A stretch of 64,000 nucleotides of DNA from Thermodesulfobacteriota bacterium (GCA_963675595.2 CAXXLZ010000002.1:3680001-3744000); one strand, 5' to 3'. Counted from the first letter of the stretch, positions 20,145-28,825 are shown. Notes: a model not told the origin generated them from the letters alone. Program-made: numbers and translations.

Positions 20145-20286
20145 ATTTCCCCCGGTCCCCTTTCAAAGCGTTTTAAGAGTGCCTCACCGCCTTCGGCGGA
20201 GAGGCTTCGCTGATTTCCCCCGGTCCCCTTTCAAAGCGTTTTAAGAGTGCCTCACCGCCTTCGGCGGAGAGGCTTCGCTGATTTCC
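20145..20286 (+). repeat. Perfect 68-bp tandem duplication bounded by ATTTCC
   Basis: 20145-20212 equals 20213-20280, followed by ATTTCC at 20281. Confidence 0.92.
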
Positions 20287-20403
20287 AGCGTCCTTTGATT
20301 TGCTGAATCGGCAAAAACGAGCGGCATGTGCCGTCCAACCTATTAAAACACCTGAAGGTTTTCAAAAAGGGCTCCCTCGGATACCTTTCTGAATGGTCAC
20401 AGG
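20275..20403 (+). repeat. Intergenic repeat module C (AAACGAGCRGCATGTGCCGTCCAAC...CTCGGATACC..TCTGAATG)
   Basis: Copies at 24494-24648, 16860-16948 and reverse at 26462-26578. Confidence 0.75.
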
Positions 20404-20417
20404 GTAAGCGGTGCCGC

Positions 20418-21635
20418 TTACGGCGTTTTCAAGCCTTCCTCGATGTTTCGGCAGGCCTGGACGAACAGGTCGTTTTCTTCTTCCGAGCAAATGGTCATAC
20501 GGAGAAAATGGTGACCCTGCAATCCATTGACCCGATTGAGGTTGGCCGTGAGAAACCCCTGTTCCGTCAGCGCCTGCCAGAGTTCATCCGCTTTCAGGTG
20601 CGCGTTTTTCAGCATGAGCGTGTTCGTCCGGGAGGGTAGGAAAGAGAACGTCTTCAAGGTTTCCAACTGCCGGTACAAACGTTTCCGGCGGATCACCAGC
20701 TTTTTCCTGGCGCTCTGCACGTGCTCCTCATCAACGGAAGCGATTCCGGCCAGAAAAAGAGAGAACCACGAAAAGGGAAACATGGGCCGGTACAGGGAAA
20801 CGGCCTGCAAAATAGTTTCGCTTGAGCTGATGAGGTACCCGACGCGCAGGTTCGGCAGGGCATGGATTTTGGAAAAAGTCCGCAAGACCATCAAATTCTT
20901 GTATTGTCCCGCAAACCGACTTGCCGACACTATTTCCCGGTCCGTATCCGTGTATTCGCCGTAGGCCTCATCGATCACAACGGCGGTATTCTGCGAAGCG
21001 CATAGGGCCGTCAGGTCTTTCATCCACTCAAGGGAAAGATCCTGGCCCGTTGGATTCACCGGGTTGCTGACCCACAGCAGCTTCGGGCGATGGGCTTGGA
21101 TGAGGTTTCCAAGGCGTTCCACGGTGGCGTCCGTCCACTGAAAGTCGTCCTCAGGCGCAAGGGGTAGATAAACGGGAGTTCCGCCCACGCGAATGGAAAA
21201 ATCGGCGAACACGCTGAAATTGGGAATGGGAACCAAAAAGGCCTCACCGTTTTGCAGAAATACCCGGCTGATGTGATCGATCATGGACTCCAGGCCCGCG
21301 CTCAAGACAAACCGGTCGGGATCCAGTCCGTGCAAATCCGCCAGGCGCCGGCGCAGCAGGCGGTAATGGTTGTCCGGATACTCCACCAGATTCTGCCTGC
21401 ACAGCCCGGCCAGGTCGGCCTCTTCCAAGACCCCGTCGACGAGGTCCGAATAGCCGTCGGAATTCTTCCCGATATCGAACCGGTAGACCTTCTCCAGGTT
21501 ATGGTCCCGTTTGAGCCGGTCGATGAGCTCCTGTTCATCCGTATCCTTGCTGATGTAGTCCTCGGTTTCCGCGCTCAGGGCCACGCGGGTGAGGCAGCTG
21601 ATGATGTCGCGGGTCGTCAAGGGAATCCTCTTCAA
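20418..21635 (-). CDS. PLP-dependent class I/II aminotransferase (HisC/CobD-like)
   Basis: YPD, SNPVNPTG, IDEAY and LRTFSKIHALPNLRVGY motifs. Confidence 0.88.
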   Translation of the reverse strand: MKRIPLTTRDIISCLTRVALSAETEDYISKDTDEQELIDRLKRDHNLEKVYRFDIGKNSDGYSDLVDGVLEEADLAGLCRQNLVEYPDNHYRLLRRRLADLHGLDPDRFVLSAGLESMIDHISRVFLQNGEAFLVPIPNFSVFADFSIRVGGTPVYLPLAPEDDFQWTDATVERLGNLIQAHRPKLLWVSNPVNPTGQDLSLEWMKDLTALCASQNTAVVIDEAYGEYTDTDREIVSASRFAGQYKNLMVLRTFSKIHALPNLRVGYLISSSETILQAVSLYRPMFPFSWFSLFLAGIASVDEEHVQSARKKLVIRRKRLYRQLETLKTFSFLPSRTNTLMLKNAHLKADELWQALTEQGFLTANLNRVNGLQGHHFLRMTICSEEENDLFVQACRNIEEGLKTP

Positions 21636-21655
21636 TAGGAAAATCCGTGGTATGC

Positions 21656-21745
21656 ATTCACGGGGGGGAACTTTTGAAAAAGTTCCCCCCCGGTCCCCCC
21701 CCTCAAAGGCTTCAAGCAGGCCTCACCGCCTCCGGCGGAGAGGCT
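21656..21745 (+). repeat. REP-like composite element, family R
   Basis: ATTCACGGGGGGGAACTTTTGAAAAGTTCCCCCC...GGCCTCACCGCCTCCGGCGGAGAGGC. Confidence 0.85.
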
Positions 21746-21780
21746 CCAATGCGTCCGGCGGTCGGTCTCGTAAGGGCCCC

Positions 21781-21866
21781 TGAATCCGGTTGCGACGCGG
21801 AAGCGAGCAACCCGCTCAAGAAGTTTTGGATGGGGTCCGGGGAAACCTTTTTCAAAAGGTCTCCCC
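21781..21866 (+). repeat. Intergenic repeat module D (CCGGTTGCGACGCG...hairpin)
   Basis: Reverse-complement relative at 42030-42114. Confidence 0.6.
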
Positions 21867-21887
21867 GCCTGTCCTGTGAATAGAGAC

Positions 21888-22008
21888 GTTGAAAGACGCG
21901 ATCCGCGGCGTTGCACTTCATCCCTCGTCACTGCGACGTACTTCTAGGTACGCCTTCATTCCTCCGGATTGGTGCGCCTTGCATCTCATCGTTTTTCAGC
22001 CGGCCCGC
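21888..22008 (+). mobile_element. MITE-like repeat, family M (diverged copy)
   Basis: CGCGATCCGCGGCGTTGCACTTCATCCCTCGTCACTGCGACGTAC...GCATCTCATCGTTTTTCAGC. Confidence 0.8.
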
Positions 22009-22022
22009 AAGGATCCGACATT

Positions 22023-22805
22023 TTAAGCTGGCTTCTTACACAACAGATAAAAGCTGCGCCTCTTTTCATTCACGACTTGAGAAAAGAACGCCTCCGCCGC
22101 CATTTCTCTTCGGTCCATGTATTCTTCAAAAATCGTTCGAGTGTCCATGCGATACGCCAGGGCCGAGGCTGGGTCTTCCGCCTGGAGACGCCGCAGGTCC
22201 GACGGTATTTCCACCAGCACGGCCTCGGCCTCGGGCATGTTTTCCGGGGTGACGATGGGATAGCGGTCCGGAACCCGCTCCGGGGGATGGTCCCCGTCCG
22301 GGGTGAGCACCTTGTTCACATCCAGTTCAACCAGCAGCCGGTCCTGGGGCATGCCGTGGTGCAGGCCCGAATCGATGTAATAATGCGCTTTCTTGTAGAC
22401 GATCCCGCGCCCTCCCATCTTGTTGATGTAGATGTGGGCATTGCGGGATTCCAGGGGCTCAAAGGTCGTGTAGGCCTTCTTGATCCCGTCTCTTTCAAAC
22501 TGTTCAAAATTGCGCCGGAGTATTTGAAGGCCCACGTTGCTGTCCCGATAATCCGGGTGCACGCCGACCATGTGTCCGAGGGCGGCGTGCGGTTCGGCCA
22601 TCCCGAGAGCGATGAGAAACGAGATCATTTTCTGATCATGATAGGCCCCCAGCACCCAGCCGACGCGGGGACGATCCATGGCCAGGGCCGTCAGGGTGAT
22701 CGGCGACATGGTATCCTCGGGCGGCAGGCCTCCGACGATTGCCTGCAGCCGGATCACCTCTTTCAATTCATCCGGATGACGCAGTTCTCTGATTTCAAAT
22801 TCCAC
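22023..22805 (-). CDS. GNAT-family acetyltransferase (COG3375-like)
   Basis: HMVGVHPDYRDSNVG, TFEPLESRNAHIYINKMG and G..QDRL motifs. Confidence 0.8.
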   Translation of the reverse strand: MEFEIRELRHPDELKEVIRLQAIVGGLPPEDTMSPITLTALAMDRPRVGWVLGAYHDQKMISFLIALGMAEPHAALGHMVGVHPDYRDSNVGLQILRRNFEQFERDGIKKAYTTFEPLESRNAHIYINKMGGRGIVYKKAHYYIDSGLHHGMPQDRLLVELDVNKVLTPDGDHPPERVPDRYPIVTPENMPEAEAVLVEIPSDLRRLQAEDPASALAYRMDTRTIFEEYMDRREMAAEAFFSQVVNEKRRSFYLLCKKPA

Positions 22806-24180
22806 CCTTTGTCTCCTTACGCATCAGAAAATCGGCAATGGTTTCCCTGACCCGGTCCGGTTCAATGACGCCGTTGAGAAAGCCTTGCTCCGCCAGGAAC
22901 GTAGGCCGGCTTTCCTCTTCCATTTTCCGCAGAATCTTCGCTTTTTCATCCCGAGGCAGGTCCAGTTTGTCCATAAACCGTGTCGCGGCTTCAGGGCCGT
23001 AAACCGCAATGGATGCTCCCGGCAGTGCATAAACGGCCGTTGGGGAGAATCCGGATCCGGACATGGCGTACAGCCCGGCCGTGTAGGCCCGGCGCAGTAT
23101 GATGCAAAGTCGTGGAATCCGGCTTTGCGCAATGGCCCGGAAAAGCTCGGCCCCGGCGGAGACGATCCCCGCTTTTTCCACCTCTTTTCCGATCATGAAC
23201 CCGGGCGCGTCCGCCAGGAAAACCATGGGCACATTGAAGGCGTTGCACAGGTTTACAAATCGGGTCAGCTTGCGGCAGGTTTCCGGAAAAAGGACCCCGC
23301 CGTTTACCATGGGATTGTTGGCCGCGATGCCGACCGCGTGCCCCTCGATGCGCGAAAACCCGGTTACGGCTTCGCCTGCGAAATCGGGGCCCAGCTCCAG
23401 GAATTGATCTTCATCCACCAGCGAACCCATGACCCGACGAACATCAAAGGGACGATGGAGTTCGGGGGGTACGATTTCCTCGATACCCGGAGCCCCGGCC
23501 TTGGGAGGCGCCGGGATCGTGGGAGGCGGCTGTTCATTCGTGTTGGAGGGGAGATAGCTCAGGAAACGACGGATCCAGGCAAGCGCCTCCTCCTCGGTGG
23601 AGACCACCTGGTGGCAGTCGCCGATCACCCGGCCGTGCACGCGGGCGCCGCCCAGTTCCTCGTAAGAGACCTCTTGATTCAACATGGCCTCCACCGCATC
23701 CGGGCGGGCCACGCTGACGGATGCGTCTTTCAGCATCACCATTCCGTCGCACATCACCGTTGGAAAAGCCTGAGCCTGCGCCATTCGACCGAAAACAGCG
23801 CAAACCAGGGGAACTTTTCCGGAAAGTCGGGCAATCTCATAATATTGCCTTCCCACACTGTTCTCGCCCATCATGAGTTCAACGCCGGTCCCCTGAAAAG
23901 CGGTCCGACCGGATTGATAGGGCGCTGGGGAGTCATGGAGGAAAACCACCGGACGGGCCTCGGCCCCCGCCTGCCGAAGGGCCTCAATATAACGGGATGA
24001 GGATGAAGCCAGGTTTGCGGATTCCGGCAACGGGTCCGGATCCACGGCAATGACCATCACCTTGCGGCCGTTGATTTCGGCCCAACCGGTCACAAAAACG
24101 GATTCAGAGGATTCCAGCGGCGTCTCCGGAGACGTCGAATCGCAAAGTGCGCGGAGCCTTCTTGTCAATACGGGACCCAT
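22795..24180 (-). CDS. Acyl-CoA carboxylase/decarboxylase carboxyltransferase subunit
   Basis: EELGGARVH, VTGFSRIEG, DAPGFMIG and RRAYTAGLYAM motifs; ATG 24180 (the upstream ORF extension is MITE sequence). Confidence 0.88.
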   Translation of the reverse strand: MGPVLTRRLRALCDSTSPETPLESSESVFVTGWAEINGRKVMVIAVDPDPLPESANLASSSSRYIEALRQAGAEARPVVFLHDSPAPYQSGRTAFQGTGVELMMGENSVGRQYYEIARLSGKVPLVCAVFGRMAQAQAFPTVMCDGMVMLKDASVSVARPDAVEAMLNQEVSYEELGGARVHGRVIGDCHQVVSTEEEALAWIRRFLSYLPSNTNEQPPPTIPAPPKAGAPGIEEIVPPELHRPFDVRRVMGSLVDEDQFLELGPDFAGEAVTGFSRIEGHAVGIAANNPMVNGGVLFPETCRKLTRFVNLCNAFNVPMVFLADAPGFMIGKEVEKAGIVSAGAELFRAIAQSRIPRLCIILRRAYTAGLYAMSGSGFSPTAVYALPGASIAVYGPEAATRFMDKLDLPRDEKAKILRKMEEESRPTFLAEQGFLNGVIEPDRVRETIADFLMRKETKGGI

Positions 24181-24197
24181 GACGGTTCCTTTGGCAA

Positions 24198-24343
24198 CCT
24201 GTTGAAAAACGCGATCTGCGGCGTTGCGCTTCATCCCTCGTCACTGCGACGTACTCTATGTACGTCTCATTCCTCAGGATTTGCGCGCCTTGCATCTCAT
24301 CGTTTTTCAGCAGCCTGCCGCACCCGGTTTATTTCAACGGGCT
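24198..24343 (+). mobile_element. MITE-like repeat, family M
   Basis: CCTGTTGAAAAAC...TTTCAACGGG ends. Confidence 0.85.
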
Positions 24344-24440
24344 GTTGGGACGATATGTCGGCGAAACGATTGTCTGTTTTGTGTCCGCATCCTAACAGAG
24401 GCCGATCATGGTCTTCAATGGAAATGAAAATGTCGCAGGC

Positions 24441-24648
24441 ATTCACGGGGGAGGGGATTTTTTTATTTATTTATCGGGGGAAATAGGGTTGCTCGCTGAT
24501 TTCCAGCGTCCTTTGATTTGCTGAATCGGCAAAAACGAGCAGCATGTGCCGTCCAACCGATTAAAACACCTGAAGTTTTTAGGAAGGAGCCCGAGGGAAC
24601 CCTTTTTTCAAAAAGGGTTCCCTCGGATCCCCCTCTGAATGCTCACAA
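24441..24648 (+). repeat. Internally deleted paralogue of the R+C mosaic that flanks the IS110 element
   Basis: 24441-24483 is identical to 18701-18743; from 24494 it matches 20275 onward. Confidence 0.85.
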
Positions 24649-24859
24649 AATGTCTACTGCGCAGAGGGGTATTCATGGGACCATCACGCCCTGTGTTCCA
24701 AGCAATGGATCGACGGGTTCCTTGACCGGATTCGAGAACCTTCTTATAAGCTCTCTTTTGAACTCTCTCTTTCCTTCTTGAGTCCGGCTCACCGGGGGTC
24801 CGCAGTACCGGGTCGCGGGCCCGGACCGCTCTGAAACAACGCTATATGGAAGGCAACGC

Positions 24860-26389
24860 ATGAATCTCACGGATTTGCTTGTTCGATCTCGGGATCGTTT
24901 TCCGGAAAAGCCGGCCCTGATCATAGACTCGGTCTCCCTGACCTTCAACCGGCTGGCCGAAATGACGGAGTCGTACGCAAGCCGCCTCACCGGGCTGGAA
25001 GTGACCCGCGGTGATCGTGTCTGCTTTTTCATGGGCAATCGGGTCGAACTGGCGGGCCTGTACCTGGCCTGCTTCCGTCTGGGCGCGGTGGCGGTCCCCA
25101 TCAGTTGTTATTCCAAGCCCGACGAAGTGAAGTACGCCGTGGAACACTGCGGGGGAAGATTCCTCATCGTCGAGCCGGAACTGGTTTCCGGTGTGGCGGA
25201 TATGGCCTCCCAAGTGACCTCTCTGTTGCGCGTATATCGGATCGGGGCCGGCGGCCCGAATGAAGTTGCCCGTTTCGAATCCGTCACACCCGCCCCGGGC
25301 CCGCTTCCCCCGGCGAAAGTCCTGGAACCCTCTTCACCGGCGGTGATCCTTTACACCTCGGGCAGCACCGGGGCCCCCAAAGGGGTCACTCATACCGTGG
25401 GCTCTTTGACCCACAGCACCGATAACCGCTGCGCGGCCCTTGCCCACTACTGCGACGACGTCTATTTCATGACGGCCTATTTGTGCCACGGCGCTTCCCT
25501 GACCAGTGTCTTTCTGACCATGTTGGCCGTGGGCGGCACCTCGGTATTCACGCGTGAATTCACTCCCCCGGACTTCCTGGAGACCCTGCGGCACAGGCGG
25601 CCCACCGTGGCGGCGACGGCCCCCGCCCAGCTGAAGGCCGTTTTGGAGGAGCCTTCCTTGTCCCGAGAGGATTTCCGCTCCATCCGCTATTTCCACGTGG
25701 GGGGCGATGCCGTGCCCCGCGAGCTGTATCAGGCATTCGAGGACAAGACCGGAATGAAGTTGGCGGTGGCCATGGGCATGACGGAATGCGGCGGGTATCT
25801 GCTGACGCCTCCCGAGGGACCTTACAAGCCGGGCTCCATGGGCCGGCCCATCCCGGGAACTGAAATATGGCTGCTCGATGAAAACGGAGTGGAGGTCGCC
25901 CCCGGCGAGATCGGGGAGCTTGTGGTGCGCACCGGCGCCCTCATGTCGGGCTACTGGAACGATCCCGAGAGTACAGCCCGGGTCATTCAGGACGGCCGGC
26001 TGATGACGGGCGATCTGGCCCGATGCGATGAAGACGGGTTCGCCTATTTCGCCGGCCGAAATAAGAACATCATCATACGCGACTGCGGCAACGTGGCCCC
26101 GGTGGAAATCGAGGATGTGCTCAACTCTCACCCCAAGGTCAAAGCGAGCGGCGCGGCCGGAGTGCCCGACGGCGACCACGGGCAGGCCGTAACGGCGTTC
26201 ATTGTTCCCGTCGACATGGACGATCCCTCCACTGTCGAAGAGCTGGAAGCCTTCACTCGTAAGCTTCTGGCCGACCGCAAAGTACCAAGTCGGTGGCGGC
26301 TGGTTGGATCCATTCCTCTCACCCCCATGGCCAAAATCGACCGCAAGGCCTTGGCACGGATGGCTGAAGGCAAAGCCCCCCTGGAATGA
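24860..26389 (+). CDS. AMP-dependent acyl-CoA synthetase
   Basis: YTSGSTGAPKG, GMTE, TGDL, GR and KIDRK motifs. Confidence 0.92.
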   Translation: MNLTDLLVRSRDRFPEKPALIIDSVSLTFNRLAEMTESYASRLTGLEVTRGDRVCFFMGNRVELAGLYLACFRLGAVAVPISCYSKPDEVKYAVEHCGGRFLIVEPELVSGVADMASQVTSLLRVYRIGAGGPNEVARFESVTPAPGPLPPAKVLEPSSPAVILYTSGSTGAPKGVTHTVGSLTHSTDNRCAALAHYCDDVYFMTAYLCHGASLTSVFLTMLAVGGTSVFTREFTPPDFLETLRHRRPTVAATAPAQLKAVLEEPSLSREDFRSIRYFHVGGDAVPRELYQAFEDKTGMKLAVAMGMTECGGYLLTPPEGPYKPGSMGRPIPGTEIWLLDENGVEVAPGEIGELVVRTGALMSGYWNDPESTARVIQDGRLMTGDLARCDEDGFAYFAGRNKNIIIRDCGNVAPVEIEDVLNSHPKVKASGAAGVPDGDHGQAVTAFIVPVDMDDPSTVEELEAFTRKLLADRKVPSRWRLVGSIPLTPMAKIDRKALARMAEGKAPLE

Positions 26390-26704
26390 AGCATCCGTAT
26401 CCGTTCCCATCGTTTCCGTGGGAACGGGTTCCCCCGGTGACCCTGTGAACAAAAACGGTATCCGTTCAGAGGGGTATCCGAGGGAGCCCTTTTTGAAAAA
26501 AGGGTTCCCTCGGGCTCCCTCCCAAAAACTTGAAGTATTTTAATACGTTGAACGGCACATGCTGCTCGTTTTGCGAATTCCGTAGGTGATTCGCAAGGGC
26601 GAAACGGAGTCCCGTCCCTTCCGGGACGAAGCCGAACTTGGGAGCATCTTTGCCGATTCAGCAGATGTAGGGAACGTTGTGAGTGAGGAACCTGAATTCT
26701 TCAG

Positions 26705-26796
26705 CAGCCTCTCCGCCGAAGGCGGTGAGGCCTGTCCAAGCTGCTTTGTGAGGGGGGTCGGGGGAGGACTTTCTCGAAAGTCCTCCCCCGTGAATA
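26705..26796 (-). repeat. REP-like composite element, family R (left edge of the island)
   Basis: GCCTCTCCGCCGAAGGCGGTGAGGCC...GGGGGAGGACTTTCTCGAAAGTCCTCCCCCGTGAAT. Confidence 0.85.
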
Positions 26797-26807
26797 CATA
26801 CCAAAAA

Positions 26808-27265
26808 CGAACCATGGAAGTCGTCCCTGCGCTTTCATGCCCCGATTCCCCCCGGTCGGGGCCGTCAACGCGGTCCCATCAACCCCACGCGCTGACGGCT
26901 CACCCGTAGGGACGAGCCACAGTGCCCGCCCCGGGCTCGGCGGAACCGAGAAATCCGCCGGGCTGAACCCACGAGGTAGGGGCCACCGGTCTTCAACACT
27001 CATAGAACACGATGGATGTCTCAAAACCGGTTCCCGGCCCTTCCCCTGAAATCGTCCACAAAAATGACGGGAATTACCAATTGACGGTACCCACCTTTTC
27101 GAACATAAGATGAAAATGAGGAAATGCGCTCTTTCCCTGAAGAATCATCCGGACACGGTCAACTTGCCGCAAGACGGAGGCTCTGCCCCCGGTGACCGCA
27201 AGCCCCGATGACACATGGGCTCAAGCCGCCGATCTGCTTGCCCCTCCTTGCGGAGGATGAAGGAA
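26808..27265 (+). repeat. Long non-coding repeat B, copy 1 (~455 bp)
   Basis: Colinear with 28826-29282 over its full length. Confidence 0.9.
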
Positions 27266-27706
27266 GGATCGATTTACGCAGACGGTAGGAATCGAAACGA
27301 GTCCGACGGGAACGGTTTTCGTGCGCAAGAAAGGCCGGACCGGGAAGGGTGCGGCTAGCACGGGCAAGTTGAGCCCCGCGTGTCGTACGGTACTTTACTG
27401 GAAATTGTGTTTTCGGTCGCTTCCGAAATCATGGCCACATAAAGCAACCTGTTGTCGGTTACGAGTCCAACCGTTCCTGTGCAATCAATGCCGCCGATCG
27501 TTAGTTATGAATTCATTTCGTATAGTCGACCAAAGTGTGTATCAACCATAATGCAAGAAAGTTTGAATTAAAACTTTCCAATATCACACAGTCACATTTA
27601 CACCATCAGATAATGGAAGGATTTACAGAGGCGTCTTATACGGACGGAAACAAACAACTCAGAACCTTATGCGGATACATCCAATATTGTAGGCCGGAGG
27701 AAGAAT

Positions 27707-28198
27707 ATGAAGAAACTGATCGCTCTCGTAATTCTGATGTTAGCAGTTACCGCAGTCTGCCTCGCGCAAACCGGAGGGAAGCTGGTGTCCTTCGAACAGC
27801 TTTTCCCGCAGCCGCAACAACGCCTAATGGGACTCCACAAGCTTACAGCGAAAGAGAAGGAAGCCCTACGAGCACGCGTGGAAGCTTTGCTCGTTCAGAT
27901 TGCGGCAAACTCCACGTCGAAGGCAGCTGCTGGAGGAGAAGCAAGCGGTGGTGTTTATCCCGGAGTCGGTGGAGGCCATTGGGTAAACAAAAATGTCGAT
28001 AGCGGAACGTACATGATTTTGGAGGACGGATCGCTCTGGCAGATCGATCCTTTTGACAAGATCGATGCCATGTTGTGGTTACCGATCAGCAACATCACCG
28101 TCACGCAATCGTCATCTGGCTCGCCGGGATATGATTACCTTCTGATCAACACAGATGATGGCGAAAAGGCCCATGCCAAATACATAGGCAAACAGTGA
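27707..28198 (+). CDS. Secreted hypothetical protein (gene-cassette-like)
   Basis: GGAGG RBS, signal peptide, LEDGSLWQI motif; followed immediately by an attC-like site. Confidence 0.8.
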   Translation: MKKLIALVILMLAVTAVCLAQTGGKLVSFEQLFPQPQQRLMGLHKLTAKEKEALRARVEALLVQIAANSTSKAAAGGEASGGVYPGVGGGHWVNKNVDSGTYMILEDGSLWQIDPFDKIDAMLWLPISNITVTQSSSGSPGYDYLLINTDDGEKAHAKYIGKQ

Positions 28199-28199
28199 C

Positions 28200-28284
28200 G
28201 GCCAACAAGAGAATCGACTCGTACTTTTCAGACCGTACTGCTTCGCGTCCCGGCATGAAACAATGGTCATGCTGATCGTTCAAT
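28200..28284 (+). other. Degenerate integron attC-like site
   Basis: GGCCAAC-N5-AATCGACT...GGTCATG-N6-GTT: attC box spacing with an extrahelical C at L'' position 4. Confidence 0.55.
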
Positions 28285-28332
28285 AAATCATCCGATGGCC
28301 GAATATTCATAGCCTGTTCTTACTAAGGATCG

Positions 28333-28765
28333 CAGTGTGAAGCAGGGAACGTTGTTGACTAACATGACAAACGCCTGTAGGCCTTTGGAGTTGTTGATAC
28401 AGACGGGATGTCCCGACTAAAATCCCCTTCAAACGTATTCTAATTTCTTGTCAACACGTCCGTTCCGGATCGAAGACGACACATGACACTCCCGCGCGTA
28501 TGAGGCGGCCGATGGATCGTCTTGGTCGGCTTCCGTGAGCTCCTAATGTCTTCTGAAAGCCGGCAATAAGGTAACGGCAAGGAGTCTTTTTTGTTTTCGG
28601 GCGGTAAAAGAGCTTGGTCTATCGCACAGGGAACCGGCGCGACGTTTGGAGCTGAGTGCTCCCGCGATTGGTTATTCCGTTGAAAGAGGAGAATCCATTG
28701 CCGGTGAAAACGGGTATCGTTTAATGGTGGAGTAGCTTTCTTTTTTACCAGCGTCCCCATTGGCA
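28333..28765 (+). repeat. Long non-coding repeat A, copy 1 (~420 bp)
   Basis: Colinear with 33678-34092 and 38088-38522. Confidence 0.93.
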
Positions 28766-28825
28766 TTTATGCGCTCCAGGGATTCAACAACAGCGCCGGA
28801 TGATCTTCCGTACCCTGGGTACGAT

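Larger units (their letters stand above)
18756..20150 (-). mobile_element. IS110-family insertion sequence, IS1111 type, inserted in a family-R palindrome
   Basis: TTTCC repeated at both junctions (18756-60, 20146-50); subterminal IRs ATGTGGCCTCA / TGAGGCCAACAT; removing it restores GGGGGAAACTTTCGAGAAAGTTTCCCCC. Confidence 0.92.

Noticed and set aside
28615-28640. GGTCTATCGCACAGGGAACC in repeat A resembling the 5' end of a c-di-GMP-I (Vc2) riboswitch
   Set aside because: The core GGCAAA...GAAA...GACGCAAAGC elements are absent; resemblance is limited to non-diagnostic nucleotides.
28440-28766. ORFs inside repeat A (also 38299-38574, 33554-33808, and the 33981-34208 extension of dsr1)
   Set aside because: Frames are not conserved between the three copies and show no recognisable protein motif.
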